Positions 12,401-34,700 of a DNA stretch of 64,000 bases are shown here, piece by piece (position 1 is the first letter of the stretch; each line of letters starts with the position of its first letter). Below the pieces are notes generated by a model. It saw nothing but the letters and a program-made list of their open reading frames with translations, was not told the origin of the DNA and did not search any database. This stretch comes from Phallusia mammillata (lineage: Eukaryota): positions 4,774,001 through 4,838,000 of the forward strand of contig OZ281498.1 of the NCBI GenBank assembly GCA_965637545.1, read 5' to 3'. Both the position numbers and the translations under genes were made by a program.

Positions 12401-15400
12401 GTGGACACATCTAAGGTCACCTCGTCCCTTCAGCAAGACTTGATCAACTCCACAGCAAGGTAGGCTACATTCTGTGACAAAAATTTTTGTTGGGTGTTCA
12501 ATCAGGGGTTAATGTGACAAGCTTTAATTGTTACAAATTGATATAATATGCACATTTCATAAACTATTATTTTGCTTCTCCGGATAATGTATCTAACTAA
12601 TCCGACTTTTCGACGTCCCATTTGAGATATTTTTGATAATGTAGAGCAGAAAACAGTTTATGACCATCTTTGTTGGTAAATACAAGTTTAAATATTTTAG
12701 GGGCTGTTAAGTATAGTGTCAAAGATAATCGGAGGGATTTCGCACTTATAACGCATAGGAAACTTCAATATAACGGCGAGATACTTTGTGTTTCTTGATC
12801 CGTCAAATGACTCTTTTTCTGCATCAACAAAAGGCGGTTCATTTTTCTTATTACGAAACGAAACCACCCCAAACTATTATTACGATAGGAAACCACCCAA
12901 AACTAATGTTTTGAGTGAGTCATACTTTGATCAAAAGTTGTCAAGCCTCTCCCAAGCATTTTCAAATAGGCAATATATAATACAATGCTTAGAAAATAGC
13001 GTGTTGTTGCCAGACACGACGTGAAACCTAGCAAGGATGGACGACTGTGGTATTCGGGGTCGACAGCCAGGTTTGCATTAAGGCAATGGAATCTGGCGTG
13101 TAACTATAGATTGCATGCTTGTGACCAATGACATCGGTTTCGCTGATTTGTGTTCTGTGTGTCTTTGTGCGCTGTTTCGTGTTTTGGCAAAACGTGACAT
13201 TTGCTGTGATGATAATGCTTCAATTTTTCATCTTTCCAAACCCAAGGACCTGGAGTTTGGTGTAAAGGTTGGAATTTGATGTGATAATATTATCACAGTT
13301 GATTTGCAAGTTGTGAAAAAATCGGCATTAAAGTGTGAATTGATGCAAATTTGACTTTGATTCTGATTGTTGTGCTTTGTTGTATCTCAGCAGTTTTTTA
13401 TGCGACTTTTTATTTCCTCAAGATGGCAAAATTTATCAAATAAAAATCATGTCAATAGTTAGGTCAAAATGGGCCAATTATCACAAAATCAATTGAAATG
13501 GCATTAGCATTTGCCGAAACGTTTGATTAATAAAGCATGTCGCTTTTTCATTATATTTGTGCCGTTATCTCCTCACTAAACTTATGAACAGACCCATGTA
13601 TAGTGATCAAATCCAATTAATTAGTCGATGACTTCCTATCTTGAACTGTTCTAGCGCCACTGGCAACTTGAAAATTGTTGAAGTGGACGACGAAGGAAGG
13701 TTTGTTCGTGTTCACAATTCCTCACCAACCCTGTGTGAGAACATTGGAGGATGTCTGCTTCAGCAAAATGTGGCTGGGCACCCGGTTGCTGTGTTTCGAT
13801 TTCCACCAAGGACCAAATTACAGCCGTGTCACACTACCACGGTCAGTTGGTATTTTTATATGTGTACAGTAGAAATCTTAAAACTACGCAACCCCTATCA
13901 AAGTTTATGCTAGAGTTGTAAGTCATCATTTGTTTTTCCGGTCAGGTATAAGTTTGAATATCATGGGCTTAATTTGGGCCTGACTTCATCACATTTGTTA
14001 GCATTTTGGGTCCAAAATCGGGCTTTCAAAAAACGAAAAAACGGACTTAAAATTTTTAATTAAAACTTAACATGGGCGAGATAAAAACAGAATACCCAGA
14101 GAGCTTGTATATAATAAAAACATTTGGTGACATCGGTTCAAGGCGACAAAATTGATTGTTAAACGTCTGCAAAGAGTGTATTCATAATAAACAAGCTCCT
14201 TGGTGATATTGTTTTTGGTCAAGCGAATTGTGTTTAATTTACCTGCCATATTTGTTGTACTGTTTGACTGTGGCTAAAGATTGTTGGACTATGTCAGTTT
14301 ATACTATAAACTATAAACTTTATAGCCACAGAAAAAATGTTTCATATGACCCACGCTGTTATCGTCTGGTCCCATTTGTAGGTTTGGTGTTCGGGATCAT
14401 TGGAAGCAATCCACGACCCTCCATCCCATTACGTGTGGAAACAGTTGGACAAATGGGGAACTGGGCCAGAATGTACAACTATCTTGTGCAAACCAAACGG
14501 CCAAGCTGTAGCATGGATGACATCGGCACCGGTAATGGCTACAATTTCATTTTCTGATCTAACCTTACAGTGAGATTTGATGCTGTTTTCGGCTGAATAA
14601 CATCACTTATGTTTTATTGCAGAGAATTTCTCGCGTGTCGAGGGCTTATCAGTATCAACCGGACGTCGCTGCTCAAACCCAGGAAATGCAGCGACTTGCA
14701 CAAGAAATGAAAGATAGACAAAAGGATAGTCAAACCCAAGTAGGAAATATTACAGACGGTGTTTCCTCAAACTTTGTCATAAACACCAAGTCAATGCATA
14801 TTTTTGTTTACAGAACCATCAAGGTGATGGATATGGTGGAGAAGAAAAGTACGGTCGTGTTGCAGCTTCGCTTCCAGCTAGTTACGGAGTTGCACCGACT
14901 CTTTACACAGATTCACCCACAGTGCCAATGCCCGCGCCCACACTAAAACGGTTAGAGAGTTTTTTTAATGGTTTGTGTGATTGAAGTTAGCAAAATGTCT
15001 AAAAGGGTTGTAAATCACATAGACCCAAGATAAACTTTATAGGAGTAGAGAATACAAATCACTGGTTCTCATCCTTTTTATATTCAAAGAAATTCCACAA
15101 CAACGTGCCCCCAGACTCTACTGACATGTTAAAACTAGAATGTTATGTGTTTATATTTGCGTTGACACCTCAATGTGAAAGTTGCCTTGATTCTGGTAGT
15201 CGCTCTGTCGTTTTTAAGTAAAGTAGGAGTCAAAAACACTCTTCCAGCGATACAATAAATTTTACGTGGGCAAAAAATGACCAACTGACGTGCGATTTCG
15301 TGTGTTATAAAAAGGTCATGCGTACAATTTGCAAGATTTTTTATATTATTTTAACTACCTGCAGTTTGAAAATCAGTGATAGAAATGGTATAAACACATC

Positions 15401-15850
15401 AGTGATAACTCGATTTCAGTAATATTTTTTTCTTGAGTCAGTGAGAAGAGCGGATCGTTGCCGATCTGCACAGGAGGTCGACTGCTCCCTACCCGAACTG
15501 GTAGCGCTCCTTTGCGCCGATACAACGCACCTCCCAACCCAGTGCGCCACGATTCCCAAGTGAGTGAAGCCAATAAGCAGGGCAATACCGCCTCCTGTGG
15601 AAGAGCCGCTCCTGAAAAATCGCCCGTGTCGCCACGTCGCCCGCACACTGTCAGTGGCAGCGCTCCCCCATCGCCGCGCGGCACTGCCCGAATGCATTTA
15701 CCTGGGACCTTTCTATCGCCTGGCGAGCAACACCGACAGGGTCTTCAATGGGTCAGATCAAATCACAACCTTAGTTATATGCCTCCAATGCCCCGTGCCT
15801 TTCCCCCTGTTACCCCAGTGTACACAAAAAAGCCACTGGTTACAGGCTGA
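6423..15850 (+). CDS. Lamin-like intermediate filament protein with long rod and LMNTD1-type lamin tail (Ig-fold) domain, about 916 aa, 16 coding exons
   Basis: Exons 6423-6557, 6790-6971, 7467-7655, 7735-7828, 9022-9207, 9775-9900, 10077-10178, 10249-10367, 10871-11135, 11776-11983, 12315-12459, 13655-13841, 14382-14531, 14623-14739, 14814-14950 and 15442-15850 join in frame (2751 nt). Coil 1[24 protein letters not shown]; rod end [19 protein letters not shown]; GQGKDYF motif; tail domain [51 protein letters not shown], which I recognise as very close to vertebrate LMNTD1. Confidence 0.85.
7162..7366. repeat. Degenerate 20-bp minisatellite (GTGCACCAAGTGA core) preceded by two inverted copies (foldback-like)
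   Basis: Cores at about 7234, 7254, 7274, 7294, 7314, 7333 and 7356; inverted atcgcttggtgc at 7162 and 7193; lies in intron 2 of the IF gene. Confidence 0.65.
8144..8817. mobile_element. hAT (Charlie-like) non-autonomous element, 674 bp
   Basis: Perfect 17-bp TIRs CAGGGGTGTCAAACTCG/CGAGTTTGACACCCCTG; perfect 8-bp TSD ctttagac (8136-8143 and 8818-8825); subterminal GCGGCCC repeats. Confidence 0.92.
13499..13548 (+). repeat. Truncated copy of the hammerhead-bearing repeat seen at 47539-47588 (CUGAUGA box lost)
   Basis: 44/50 identical to 47539-47588; keeps stem II (GGCA..TGCC) and GAAACGTT. Confidence 0.7.
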
Positions 15851-16661
15851 ACTTGTACATACATCCTTGCATAGAGTCCCTATTCTGTCGCATGCTTGTT
15901 GGTTAGATTGGCTGATGCATTGCCCTTAATGGTTTGGTACGTTTGACATGCAATACACAAATGATTGGCGTATTGCATTTTTAATGGTTAAAAGAAATCT
16001 TTGTTTGCATGAGTAGACAGAAATAGCTTATTTTAGTTGATCAACTAATTTTGGTTTAAAGTTAAAAAATCATCAACTAATATTGCTAGTTGGTCATGAA
16101 AGTTACTGTGTTACATTAAAACCTTGCTTCCTAATTATTGGACACAATAGTATTTTTATTACTAAACAGCTTGAATCATCAAGTGCCTGTCGGGTTGAAA
16201 TGAATTAATTAAAATCATTTGCACTAATTCGTTAAAATATTCTAATTACATAAACAAGGGGTGCACAACATGGCACCTGTCTTTTTACTGTTTAAGACAG
16301 TCAGTATAACTACCACCCGAACATGGATTAACTTAATGCCCCCATGCCATTGGACCTATGGCATAGGTCATATGCATTTCTTAATTGATTGTGATATTGG
16401 AAGAAATGATAGTTGTTTGGTTGAATAAAGTACATGTAAAATACGCTCCAAACGCCTTACAAGCAATTCCTGTACAATTGTGCCCTACAGGGTTAGAATG
16501 TATGGGTTTTTCCTTCAAGTTGTGCACCCCTGACATAGCTGACCATTTTAACTTGTAGTGTAACATAATAGCGTAGCGGTAGAAAATCTAACTGTTCCTT
16601 TTGTCACCTTTCCCAATCCCTATTCTGATCCCAACCTCAAACCGTTAATACACAACACAAG

Positions 16662-16814
16662 ACCATGGCTTACCAGCAGCGCTTGGCTACAGGGGACGAT
16701 TCGGAAATCATCGACCTCACTACACAAAAATCAGCTCGATCAAAATATGGATTCGACTTCATGACACACCCACCAAAAGTTATCAACTACGACGGAACAG
16801 TCAGGGAGCGCTGA
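16662..16814 (+). CDS. Candidate alternative terminal exon of the LMNTD1-like IF gene
   Basis: Open frame TMAYQQRLATGDDSEIIDLTTQKSARSKYGFDFMTHPPKVINYDGTVRER* after a pyrimidine-rich stretch and acaag. It is phase-compatible with an internal GTGAGT donor at 15560 and followed by AATAAA at 16903. Confidence 0.4.
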   Translation, partial: TMAYQQRLATGDDSEIIDLTTQKSARSKYGFDFMTHPPKVINYDGTVRER

Positions 16815-18089
16815 GGAGTTGGTATAGGAAAATATCGAAATTGTCAGGCAAGGAAATTCCTGCTTTATATATAACGTTGCCAAATTTGCTTGTATTAATT
16901 GGAATAAATTGATTCATATTGTCATGAGCGTGTACGTATATTCACATCGCATTGCCTACTGTTCCAAATTATGTAGATATGAAAAGTTTGGGACATTGTT
17001 TGTGTTATTATACTTGTTTAAATGTGGTTGTTTTAGGCAAATTTTTATGTAATGTGCGTATGAAGTTCCCATTTTTCGTTTGCGACGTTTGTTTCAAGTA
17101 ATGAGATTAGTGTTGGCGTTTTTCGAAGTGTTTTAGATTGCAACTGTGCTTAAACACAACTGTTGAGTTGATGTAGGTCTACTTTTTACATGTTCTGCGA
17201 AGAGTTTTTGCTTTTGTCATCACCGAATGTGTACATTTTCTGATTTCAACAATAAATGTATTGCTTTCAAACATATAAACACAAATTTGTCTTGCAAGAT
17301 TCTCCAGCCCTTTACCATAAAATTTAATAGAATAGCAAGTAGCAACACATAAAAATTAAATGTCATATATTCTGGTTTTCCTTCAAATTTGCAAATGACA
17401 TTTTAAGCTATTGTAGTGTACTACGTTTTAGTTCTGTTTATTGTAATGCTCCATTTTAAAAGCAACAAACCTAAAATTTGCCAATATAAAATACATAGAG
17501 CACCATGGTTAAAGGCTCTGGCAAGAAATACTTAAGTAGGAATCTATTTCCATATAGGTTCATAATAAACAGAACAATAATTTAAGTCAGGTAACTTTAA
17601 AAATTCCAAGTAAAAAACGTGATTGCTTTTCGCACTACAAGTGGTGATTTAATTTTTTCCAACTCTGCCGTGAGTGGGCGCTATGGAGTGGATGAAGTGG
17701 ATTGTAATTTTTAACTGTTATGGCAACGAAATGCAAACGACAGTTGAGAAGCCAATCTAACGAAACAAAACAATACATAGCTTTACTTTTTTCAGTATGT
17801 CTGTAATTGTTCCAGTTGATGGTTAGTCTAGTCATGTAGGAAGTTTGCGTATGTCTGTCAGTCTGTTTTTTAACGGGTTAATAAAAAAAGTGAATTAACT
17901 GATTGTGAAATTTGTGTTCATTAATGGGGCGTGATAGAAAATTTCGTGTTTGTTATCTTGCTTAGTTATGTGTCTGTTTGTTTTCCTATAAACGTGTTTA
18001 AAACTTTGTGCATATATTTAGGACAAAAAACTTGACATTTAATCAATGAATTGAAAGACTGAGATTTACATTCCTCAAAACTAAAATCA

Positions 18090-26656
<8,567 letters not shown>

Positions 26657-28748
26657 ACCAGATTTTGGAATCACAGACCGAACTCTTTGAGCAAACAATG
26701 GTCTGTGATATTTCGTTTTTTGTTGGAAGAAACGTTTAAGACGCTGGCGTCGCTTGCTAATACAGAGCGAATTTCAGTTTGATTTTAAGCCAAGGTCCCC
26801 TCTCAGTCTGTCGGTTTTGTTGGGGGCAAACAAGATTGAACAAAGATTTATTGTTATCCTACCTAAGGTATGTGTTTTTTTTCGTAATTGCCACCGACCT
26901 GACTGATTACACTGCACTTTGAGAGGGAACCAATCCGAGTGCATTTAAACTTTACCTGTTGTTCTGTTATGTTTTTGGTGTTGCGTCTTTTTTTAGGGGG
27001 GAGGGGGGAGTGATAAAGAGGCCTTGTTGTATTCGTTTTGCACTGTTTTTGCCCAAAACTGCACTTTCAAAATTACAAAAAATCAGAATTTGTGATGCAA
27101 TGTCACATATATTCTAGATTTGGGTTTAGTATTTTTCTATTTTCAGCAAGTTACTTCATTAATATCTTAGTCAACTTCAACTTGTGATACAGGCGTAAAT
27201 CCTGTACCAGTGGTATATAGCTGCTCAATGGCGTGCTGCTCTTGCCTTTGGTTCTTTAACCATTTCATACATAAACCGTTTGCTGTAATCAGAGAGCAGC
27301 AACTCCTGAAGTGCTATTGCATTATTTTAAGTATTACATTCACGACATTTATATCTTTTTAAGCCATTTATAATTTACAATTTGTATTCTATGCGTGATT
27401 TTTATACAAAATGTTGTTCATATATTTTTTAATATTTCTATTGTATCCCGTATGAGCGAACTTTTTTAGTATTTGTGGAATTCTCTTTTCTACTTGCACA
27501 TTGAATTTACGGTTAACAACACAGAGTTTTGTGACACGAAAAGCAATTTTTACGTTGCCACAATAAGAAAAATGTTGTGCAAATAGTTTGCTTGTTGCCC
27601 TATAGAATTATCGTTTTACCGCTGTTGTGTGCTAGAGAGTGCTTAGAGTATTATGCGTATGTTTCTTTTTCTTTCGCAAATGGTGCTATAAAAAAGTGCG
27701 AAAACCTTGCGTTGTGTGGTTTTTCACAAAAAAGGTATGCAATCTAGATCAGTGGTTTAACATTTTTCCACTAAAACCCCTTGAACTTTTGTGAGATTTT
27801 TAGTACCCCTTGTCTGCAGTGGCTGGCAGAAGAAAAACAAATTGAAGTAATAAGCATTAAATTCTGAAGTAAAATTGACAGGCTTTTTAGTTTTTACACA
27901 TTCAGTACTAGTGTCGTAAAAATGTAAAAACATTGGTTCTCATAGTGACATTTACAAAAATAAAGGGGCTGGATAAATCAAAATTTTAGGGTTGTCGATC
28001 GTCGGCTTGATATACGGTTCAAATCATTTAAAGGCAAGTTAAGTCTAACGTAACAACACAAATTTAGACATCTCAAAGCTAGCTTAATTGTTTCCACATG
28101 TGTTAACACTTCATGCATGGACACAAAAGACAATTTTCTAATGAGGTCCAAATCATGATAGATAATCTTTCATTCATGAGATTCTCTTGATAGAACAGAT
28201 AACTACCAAAGTCAATTTATATCACAATTTCAGGGAATACAAGTGCCCCCTCTTGCCTATATACTTTCTGGTGCCTTTATGTACCCATTTAGGTTTTTAA
28301 ATTATGGTTAAAATGACCTGAAATACAATACGAGATTTTGTAATCATAGAAAAAACCCAAAAAAGTTAAAACAAAGAAATTTTGTTGAAAACAGGCTACG
28401 AAATTGGGGTCACCGTGAAAAAATCACGAGAAGGCGTTTAAAAAATACAAGTTTCGTTCGTCTAATTTTAAATGCCATTGTTTTTTTACCCGATCAGCTG
28501 TTTGTTTTACGCACGTGATGTTATGCATGACTGATTTAGAAATAGGAATATTGGGGAAACCCCTATTGGCAATACCAACAGACAACTGCAGCAACCACAA
28601 ACTTTCAATATAATTTGCATTTAAGATATGGACGGGTGGGCGTTTTGACTTTGCAATCAGCAACTTTTATTGAGTTTTTAACCGACTGCTTGCTGGACGA
28701 ATTCAGCGTAAATAACCATGTCCCAAACCTGAATTTAAAAACCGAAAA

Positions 28749-31700
28749 ATGGAAGAAGTGATTGGAATACTTCATAGCAAACCAGATTCTCCAGATGAGA
28801 TTATAGCTGCTTGTCGATTGGCAACCAGGTACAGAAAAACATTCAGTTGATTTAAACCACCAAACCGCTTGGACATTTTCTTCTTTATGTAACATAATGT
28901 TGTGATAGAAACAATCCTCATAGTAGCATATTTTTTTCATTTTTGACAATAGCACTTGGTGAAACTCAAATTTGCTATTTGAATATCTTTTTTAAATCCA
29001 TGAAGAAATACAAAACCCTTGTGTTTCTTCAAAAAAAGTCATTTCTACATTCATAACAGCTCTAAAGCAACTATAATCTGCAGGGTTCTCAAAGATGAAC
29101 AAGCACATGGATTGCCAATAGCGGCAAGGTACTTTTAAATTTCAAGCAAAGAAATGCAGTAGATAATGTAAAGTTTAACTTTTGCTTAGGATTAATCAAT
29201 CAGACATGGGAAATTGTTTTATGGCTGTTTTGTTATCGTACACAAGCAACCAGAAATTGTTATCATCTGTAACAGACACAATTGTGGAACTTTTAAAAGC
29301 ATATCCAGATATAAAGACACAGTATGGTAACAAAGGTGAGTGAAAAACAAACACATAGATAAATATTATATTGTATCTTTTAGACAAATCCTGCAAACAA
29401 TTCAGTTTAAGTTTGTTTCTGCACCATACATAGCAAGCAGACCTTTTTTAACAGTCAAATTTTGCCTATTTATTTCAGGATTGTATTTCAACATCATGGA
29501 CTTGGTTCAAATATATCGTGATACATCATTCTCAAATGGAGATAGTCTGAACTATTTATTGTGTAGTTTAAAACTAGCTATAGCTTTAAGTGACAACTGT
29601 CCTGAAAACTTTATTCATTGTATGAATGCTGGTGTTATGGCAATACTTCCATCTGCACTTAAGGTAACACAATCCTTGAATCACTGTTTAGTTTAGCTTT
29701 TTTTGTGTTTATTGAAAGAAAAATCTCTAAAATTTATTTTACCAAACCCCTACCATGGTGATTAATGTGTCCAACAACTAATGCAATGGAAACAGCTTTT
29801 TCCTTAAAAGCTGTCTTCTTCTTCAGTAACTTGTCACTGTAATGTGTATGTAAACATCCCGAATGTTTTTAAATGTAGGTTTGTAAGCTGATGACTATTG
29901 TATTTTTTATGTAGGTGTCACTGAAGAATGAAAGTGTCTTGCTGCTGACACTCAAACTTCTTCATTTGTTAATTGGAAAGCAAAGCCTAAATGGTAACCT
30001 TTCTGTCTTTTTAACATCAGCTGCATTTCCTACATGTTTCTTCATATATTTGCATTTTAGAAAGTGATGAAAACATTTCCAAGTGTAAATCTCTGTGTCT
30101 CAACCAATGCCTAGTTGACAAGGTCGACAATCTACCATTTTCATCTTGCATTCTAACTGGAATGAATAGTTTTCTTGTCCAGTCTTCAGATATTCAACTA
30201 TATGGCATAAAATGCCTCCATTCTATCTGTCCTTTAGGTAACTCTGTTGTTTTAGCAGCTTTTCAATTTTTCTCTACTTATTGCATGCACAAGATTACTT
30301 GCGTTACAGAGCATAAAATGCTGCTTGACAATGGAGTTATCGACACACTTGTTCATGCTTCCTGTCACTATGCTGAAGTGGAAGAAATTCAATTTGAGAC
30401 TGTTAAACTTGTGTCCATGCTTGTTCATTACTCTGAGTATGTCATTGAATAAAATGTAATTTATCTAAAAACATACATCTCAAAATCAAACTCAAAATAA
30501 CACTTTACATACATCTCACTCAAACTCAAAATAACACTTTTGTAATAGGTTTCAAGATCTTGAAAGTAGAATTGGAGACATTTGCTTTTTGTTTGCCACT
30601 ATGTTAAAAAGTCCTGATTTGCAAAGTAAAGCAGTTACAGATATTTGTTCAACAATCAAGGTACTATCCATAGAAATAGATGACACAACATAACTTTAAC
30701 AAAAATATGTGCCACTACAGATGTTTCTAATGCATACAGCGTCATTTGACACAGTTGTGGAAAGCAAAATCCACACACAACTCTTTGAAATGCTTTCAAA
30801 AATATATCAAAAGTTTCCATTAAATGAGGATGACAAGAATGCTTTTCTGTTTCTGCAGCATTGTTTGTACTTAATGGTAGCACATACACCATCAAAGTTC
30901 AGGTATTTTACTTTGTGTTTACCTTTGTAACTTTATTGACTTCACAAATATATTGAAGTCTAAATTTTCATCTTTGACAATTTTAACCCACTTTCTATTC
31001 ATTTTTTTGTTTTGTACCAATTTATTACTGTATTTGGTTTTGCCACCTATACCCAATCAGGTTTGGTAAAAATGCATGTATGATTCTGCATTTTTTGCCA
31101 GTTTTCGTTTTCTTAATTTGCCAACTTCAGTAAAACTATGGCAACTAGCTGGTATGGTTTGTTAATGGGTGGTTTTAGGCCATAACTATTTTGGTTTGCT
31201 TTGTTAAATTACTTTTGTATAACCATTTAATTATTATTGTCCCTACAAAATACCAATGCTTTTTCTGCAAGGTGTTTACAGTTTCCAAAGTAAATTCCTG
31301 GCATTAGTAAAATACAACTTTTTCCAATACATTTAGCCAGTAGGTAGTGGGTCAAACTACTCTGCTTGGCAGTCATTCCAGCTACTCAAACACCTAATTA
31401 GCACCAAAAAGGTCAAGTAAACACCCAATGTGCATGTAATCATGACTGCGTTTTTTAATGGTATTTGTTTCAAGTGGAATGTCATCATAATTAAATGTAA
31501 AGTCTAACTTTTGTCTATTTGTTTGTTTTTGCCTGTGATAATTGAATGTACATTTGTAAATTATTTATTAATGAAGTGATTGAGTTGGAACCTTGCTGGC
31601 CCAGCATGCTTACACCACCTTTACTTTCAGAAACACGGCTTTGTTGAATGCTTGTGAAACTGGTTCAATCAATGAAACTTTATTCTTTTTACTTCTTGGT

Positions 31701-34700
31701 GGTAATATCAATGCTGTTTCTTCATCCAATAAAACACCTTTATCAATTGCATGTGATCGTCACGATCTGTCTTTGGTTTGTTTGTCTTTGATGGGCTGCT
31801 TTATGTGCAAATTTTGATCAAATATGTTACTTGGCAGGTCAAAGCACTTATTTGTACAATCACAACTATGCAACATTGTAGATTCTGGAATGCAAGAATT
31901 GATGATGTCTCCCATTGTTTAAAATATTGTGTCATGGCAAATGTAGATGAAATTGTTCCCATTTTGTTGTGGTAATATGCCTTCATTTTGTTCTACATTA
32001 CTGGCTGTTTTATTTTAGTAAAGCTACTCTTAAAGTATGTGTCCTAAATATGACTGTTCTTACACATTTTGGTTTTCATGAAAAAAATAGCAACTGTTGT
32101 TTGAAAGGTATCTTATGGACCGTGATAAAAATGGCATAGTTGAATGGAATGGATTGGACTTGCCTAATCTTAAACCACAGTGGCTGAAAGTTGTTTTTCC
32201 GTCACTAATTGAGGTAATAGACTCCAATCAACAAACAAGTCACAAAAAATAATAAATTGATGTCTGTATGAAGAACAACAAGTAACAACAAAGCGATGAA
32301 TGTTTTTCTGTCTTTCTAGAAACGTGAATTGGGAAAGAAACTGCAGTTTGGTGGTGCTTGTGTTCGGCTTGCTGAGATGATATGTGACTTGAATATTGAG
32401 GACATACTGGGCAGTGGTATACTTTTTGTAAAAAATAGAGGTTCTTGTTTACTTGATGTGGTTATCTTTCAGGTCATGTTGATGATGATGATGATAATGA
32501 AGATTTTCATATGATATTCACTTTTCTTATTGAACATAAGTATGTGTTCTTCACTAATTTTACGGATTTTGTTGTCATACATACTTCTTCATTTATGACA
32601 AACTTAGGTCGCCATTTGGATTGCTGAAGGAATTTTTTGATGAATCATCAAACTTTAATGATCTGAAGTAATAAGTGCCAATCTGTTGTTTAGCTTTTAC
32701 CGTTGTCAAAACTAAACATATTTTTGTATAGTTCCGTGGCTAGACAGGCATTTAGGGATAGTTTGTTTTTGTCCTATGATGGAGAGATGATATCTGAAAT
32801 GGCTCATGACACTAACTTACAAAGAAGTGTTGGGTATATTCCATTCCCTCCTACATCTGTCACCAGCATAGATGTTCGGGTAGGTCATTTTATTTGTTTT
32901 ACTACACTGCATTAATTACAAGAGGCTTTGAACTGACTCCCTTACTGTAATAAATTAATCATTTGTTTGCACTGTAATATTAGTTATTTGTGTTTTGTAA
33001 CAGGAAATCAATTTGCAAAACAACAACTTATCAACTCTTCATTCCTTCTTATCTTTAAGCCAAAAAGCTGTTGAAAGTCTGTGCAAAACTGTGTTCAGAA
33101 TCAATCTGGCCTCAAATTGTTTGTCGCAAATTCCACGTGGCTGGCCACAGGTAAAATCTACCTTACAACCTGAATATCAAGTGCAGTTTATAACAGTTTT
33201 TGTTAGATTTTCAAAAGTCTTGAAGAGCTTGTTCTGTCAAACAACCTTTTAACAACATTTCCATTGGAAGTCATTGAAACTTGCACTAAGTTGAAAAGCT
33301 TGGATCTCTCTGGCAACAGTTTGACTAATGATGGAATGGTAATAAAACCAACATTTATTTAAGAACAATATTTACAGGGCTAATTACGTTATTTTCGTAT
33401 ATTTATATTTTTTAGATTGTTCATGAGGAACAGCAGTTGGATTGGCCCAAACATTCATGTTTGTCCACACTAAAACTATCAAATAATAAACTGACAAGTT
33501 TTCCATTCTGGACATGTACCATGGATATCTTGAGCAACTTGGACATCAGTGGAAACTGTTTAAAGACTGTTCACGTGCCTGGTAATAGTTTCAAGTTGAT
33601 TTTTATAATTTGCTTTTTTTTTAATATTTCTTTGTTTGTCTAGAAGCAAGTTCCATCGGTAATGAAGTTCAATTTCCTGAATTACTCCACTTAAAACTTG
33701 AGCAAAACCAGATTGAACACATTGACTCCTCTCTTTTTCTTGTAATGCCAAAGATGCATCATCTGAATCTTGCTTCAGTAAGATTTACTCTTTGGTGACC
33801 AAAATACTCTGCATTTTTAGGCGTGGAATTAACCCTGTTTATTGATAGAACAAGTTGACTGATTTGCAAATGGCTTTTGATGGCAAACAACCTTGTCCTC
33901 TACAGTACTTAGATTTGGCAAATAATGCATTGTCAAATTTTCCTGACATGATGAGCAGTTTATCACGGTTGCAGGTACAACTCTATCAAGCCATAATTAT
34001 TTTTTGGTGCAAAGGATTACTTTAATTTGCTTGTCTCTATTTATAGACTTTAAACATGTCAGGAAACAACTTGTCTTTCTTTTCTGAGTCCTTTTTATGG
34101 AAACCAAAGAGACTTATATGGATGGACTTGTCAAAGAACTTGTTAAAAGACATTTCCGGTTTAGCAGAGAGATTTTGCTTGTACTCATGCAACACTCTGC
34201 GAGTTTTAAATATGTCCCACAACAAGATTCAGTCACTACCACCTGAATTGGGAAACCTAAAAAGTTTGGAGGTAATATGGTAATATGGTAATATAAGTAC
34301 AAAAAGTTTGCTCATGTTTTTTATGGATTACTATTTTTCTAGATCCTTGATGTTTCTCAAAATGCCCTTAATACCCTTCCAAATGAGTTGGGGAGACTTT
34401 CAAATTTAAAAAAATTAGCAATTGAAGGCAACAAACTTAGTTTTCACACATCTGTGCTGGAAGGTAAAAATCATTTCAACAAGAAGTTTAAATAAAACAA
34501 CTAATTATTGTGATTTAAGCCAGCAAAAACCTTATGAGTGTTAGTTTCTTTAAAAAATCAGAAACACTTAACGAAATTGTGTTTTAGGAAAAACTCAAGA
34601 AATTTGTGCCTTTTTGTATGGACGCCTCAAAAAATCAGTGCCACATAATCGTGTAAAACTGATGCTACTTGGACATCCAGAGGCTGGAAAAACAACGCTG

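Noticed and set aside
15373-15929. Overlapping ORFs of 93-121 aa on both strands
   Set aside because: They are shadow frames of the GC-rich last exon of the IF gene.
16578-16593. Exact 16-mer ggtagaaaatctaact shared with 60253-60268, both near candidate alternative exons
   Set aside because: About one such match is expected by chance in 64 kb of AT-rich sequence, and the flanks are unrelated.
32478-32500. (GAT)n microsatellite giving a poly-Met ORF in the track
   Set aside because: It is an Asp-rich stretch (DDDDDNED) in a different frame within an LRRK2 exon.
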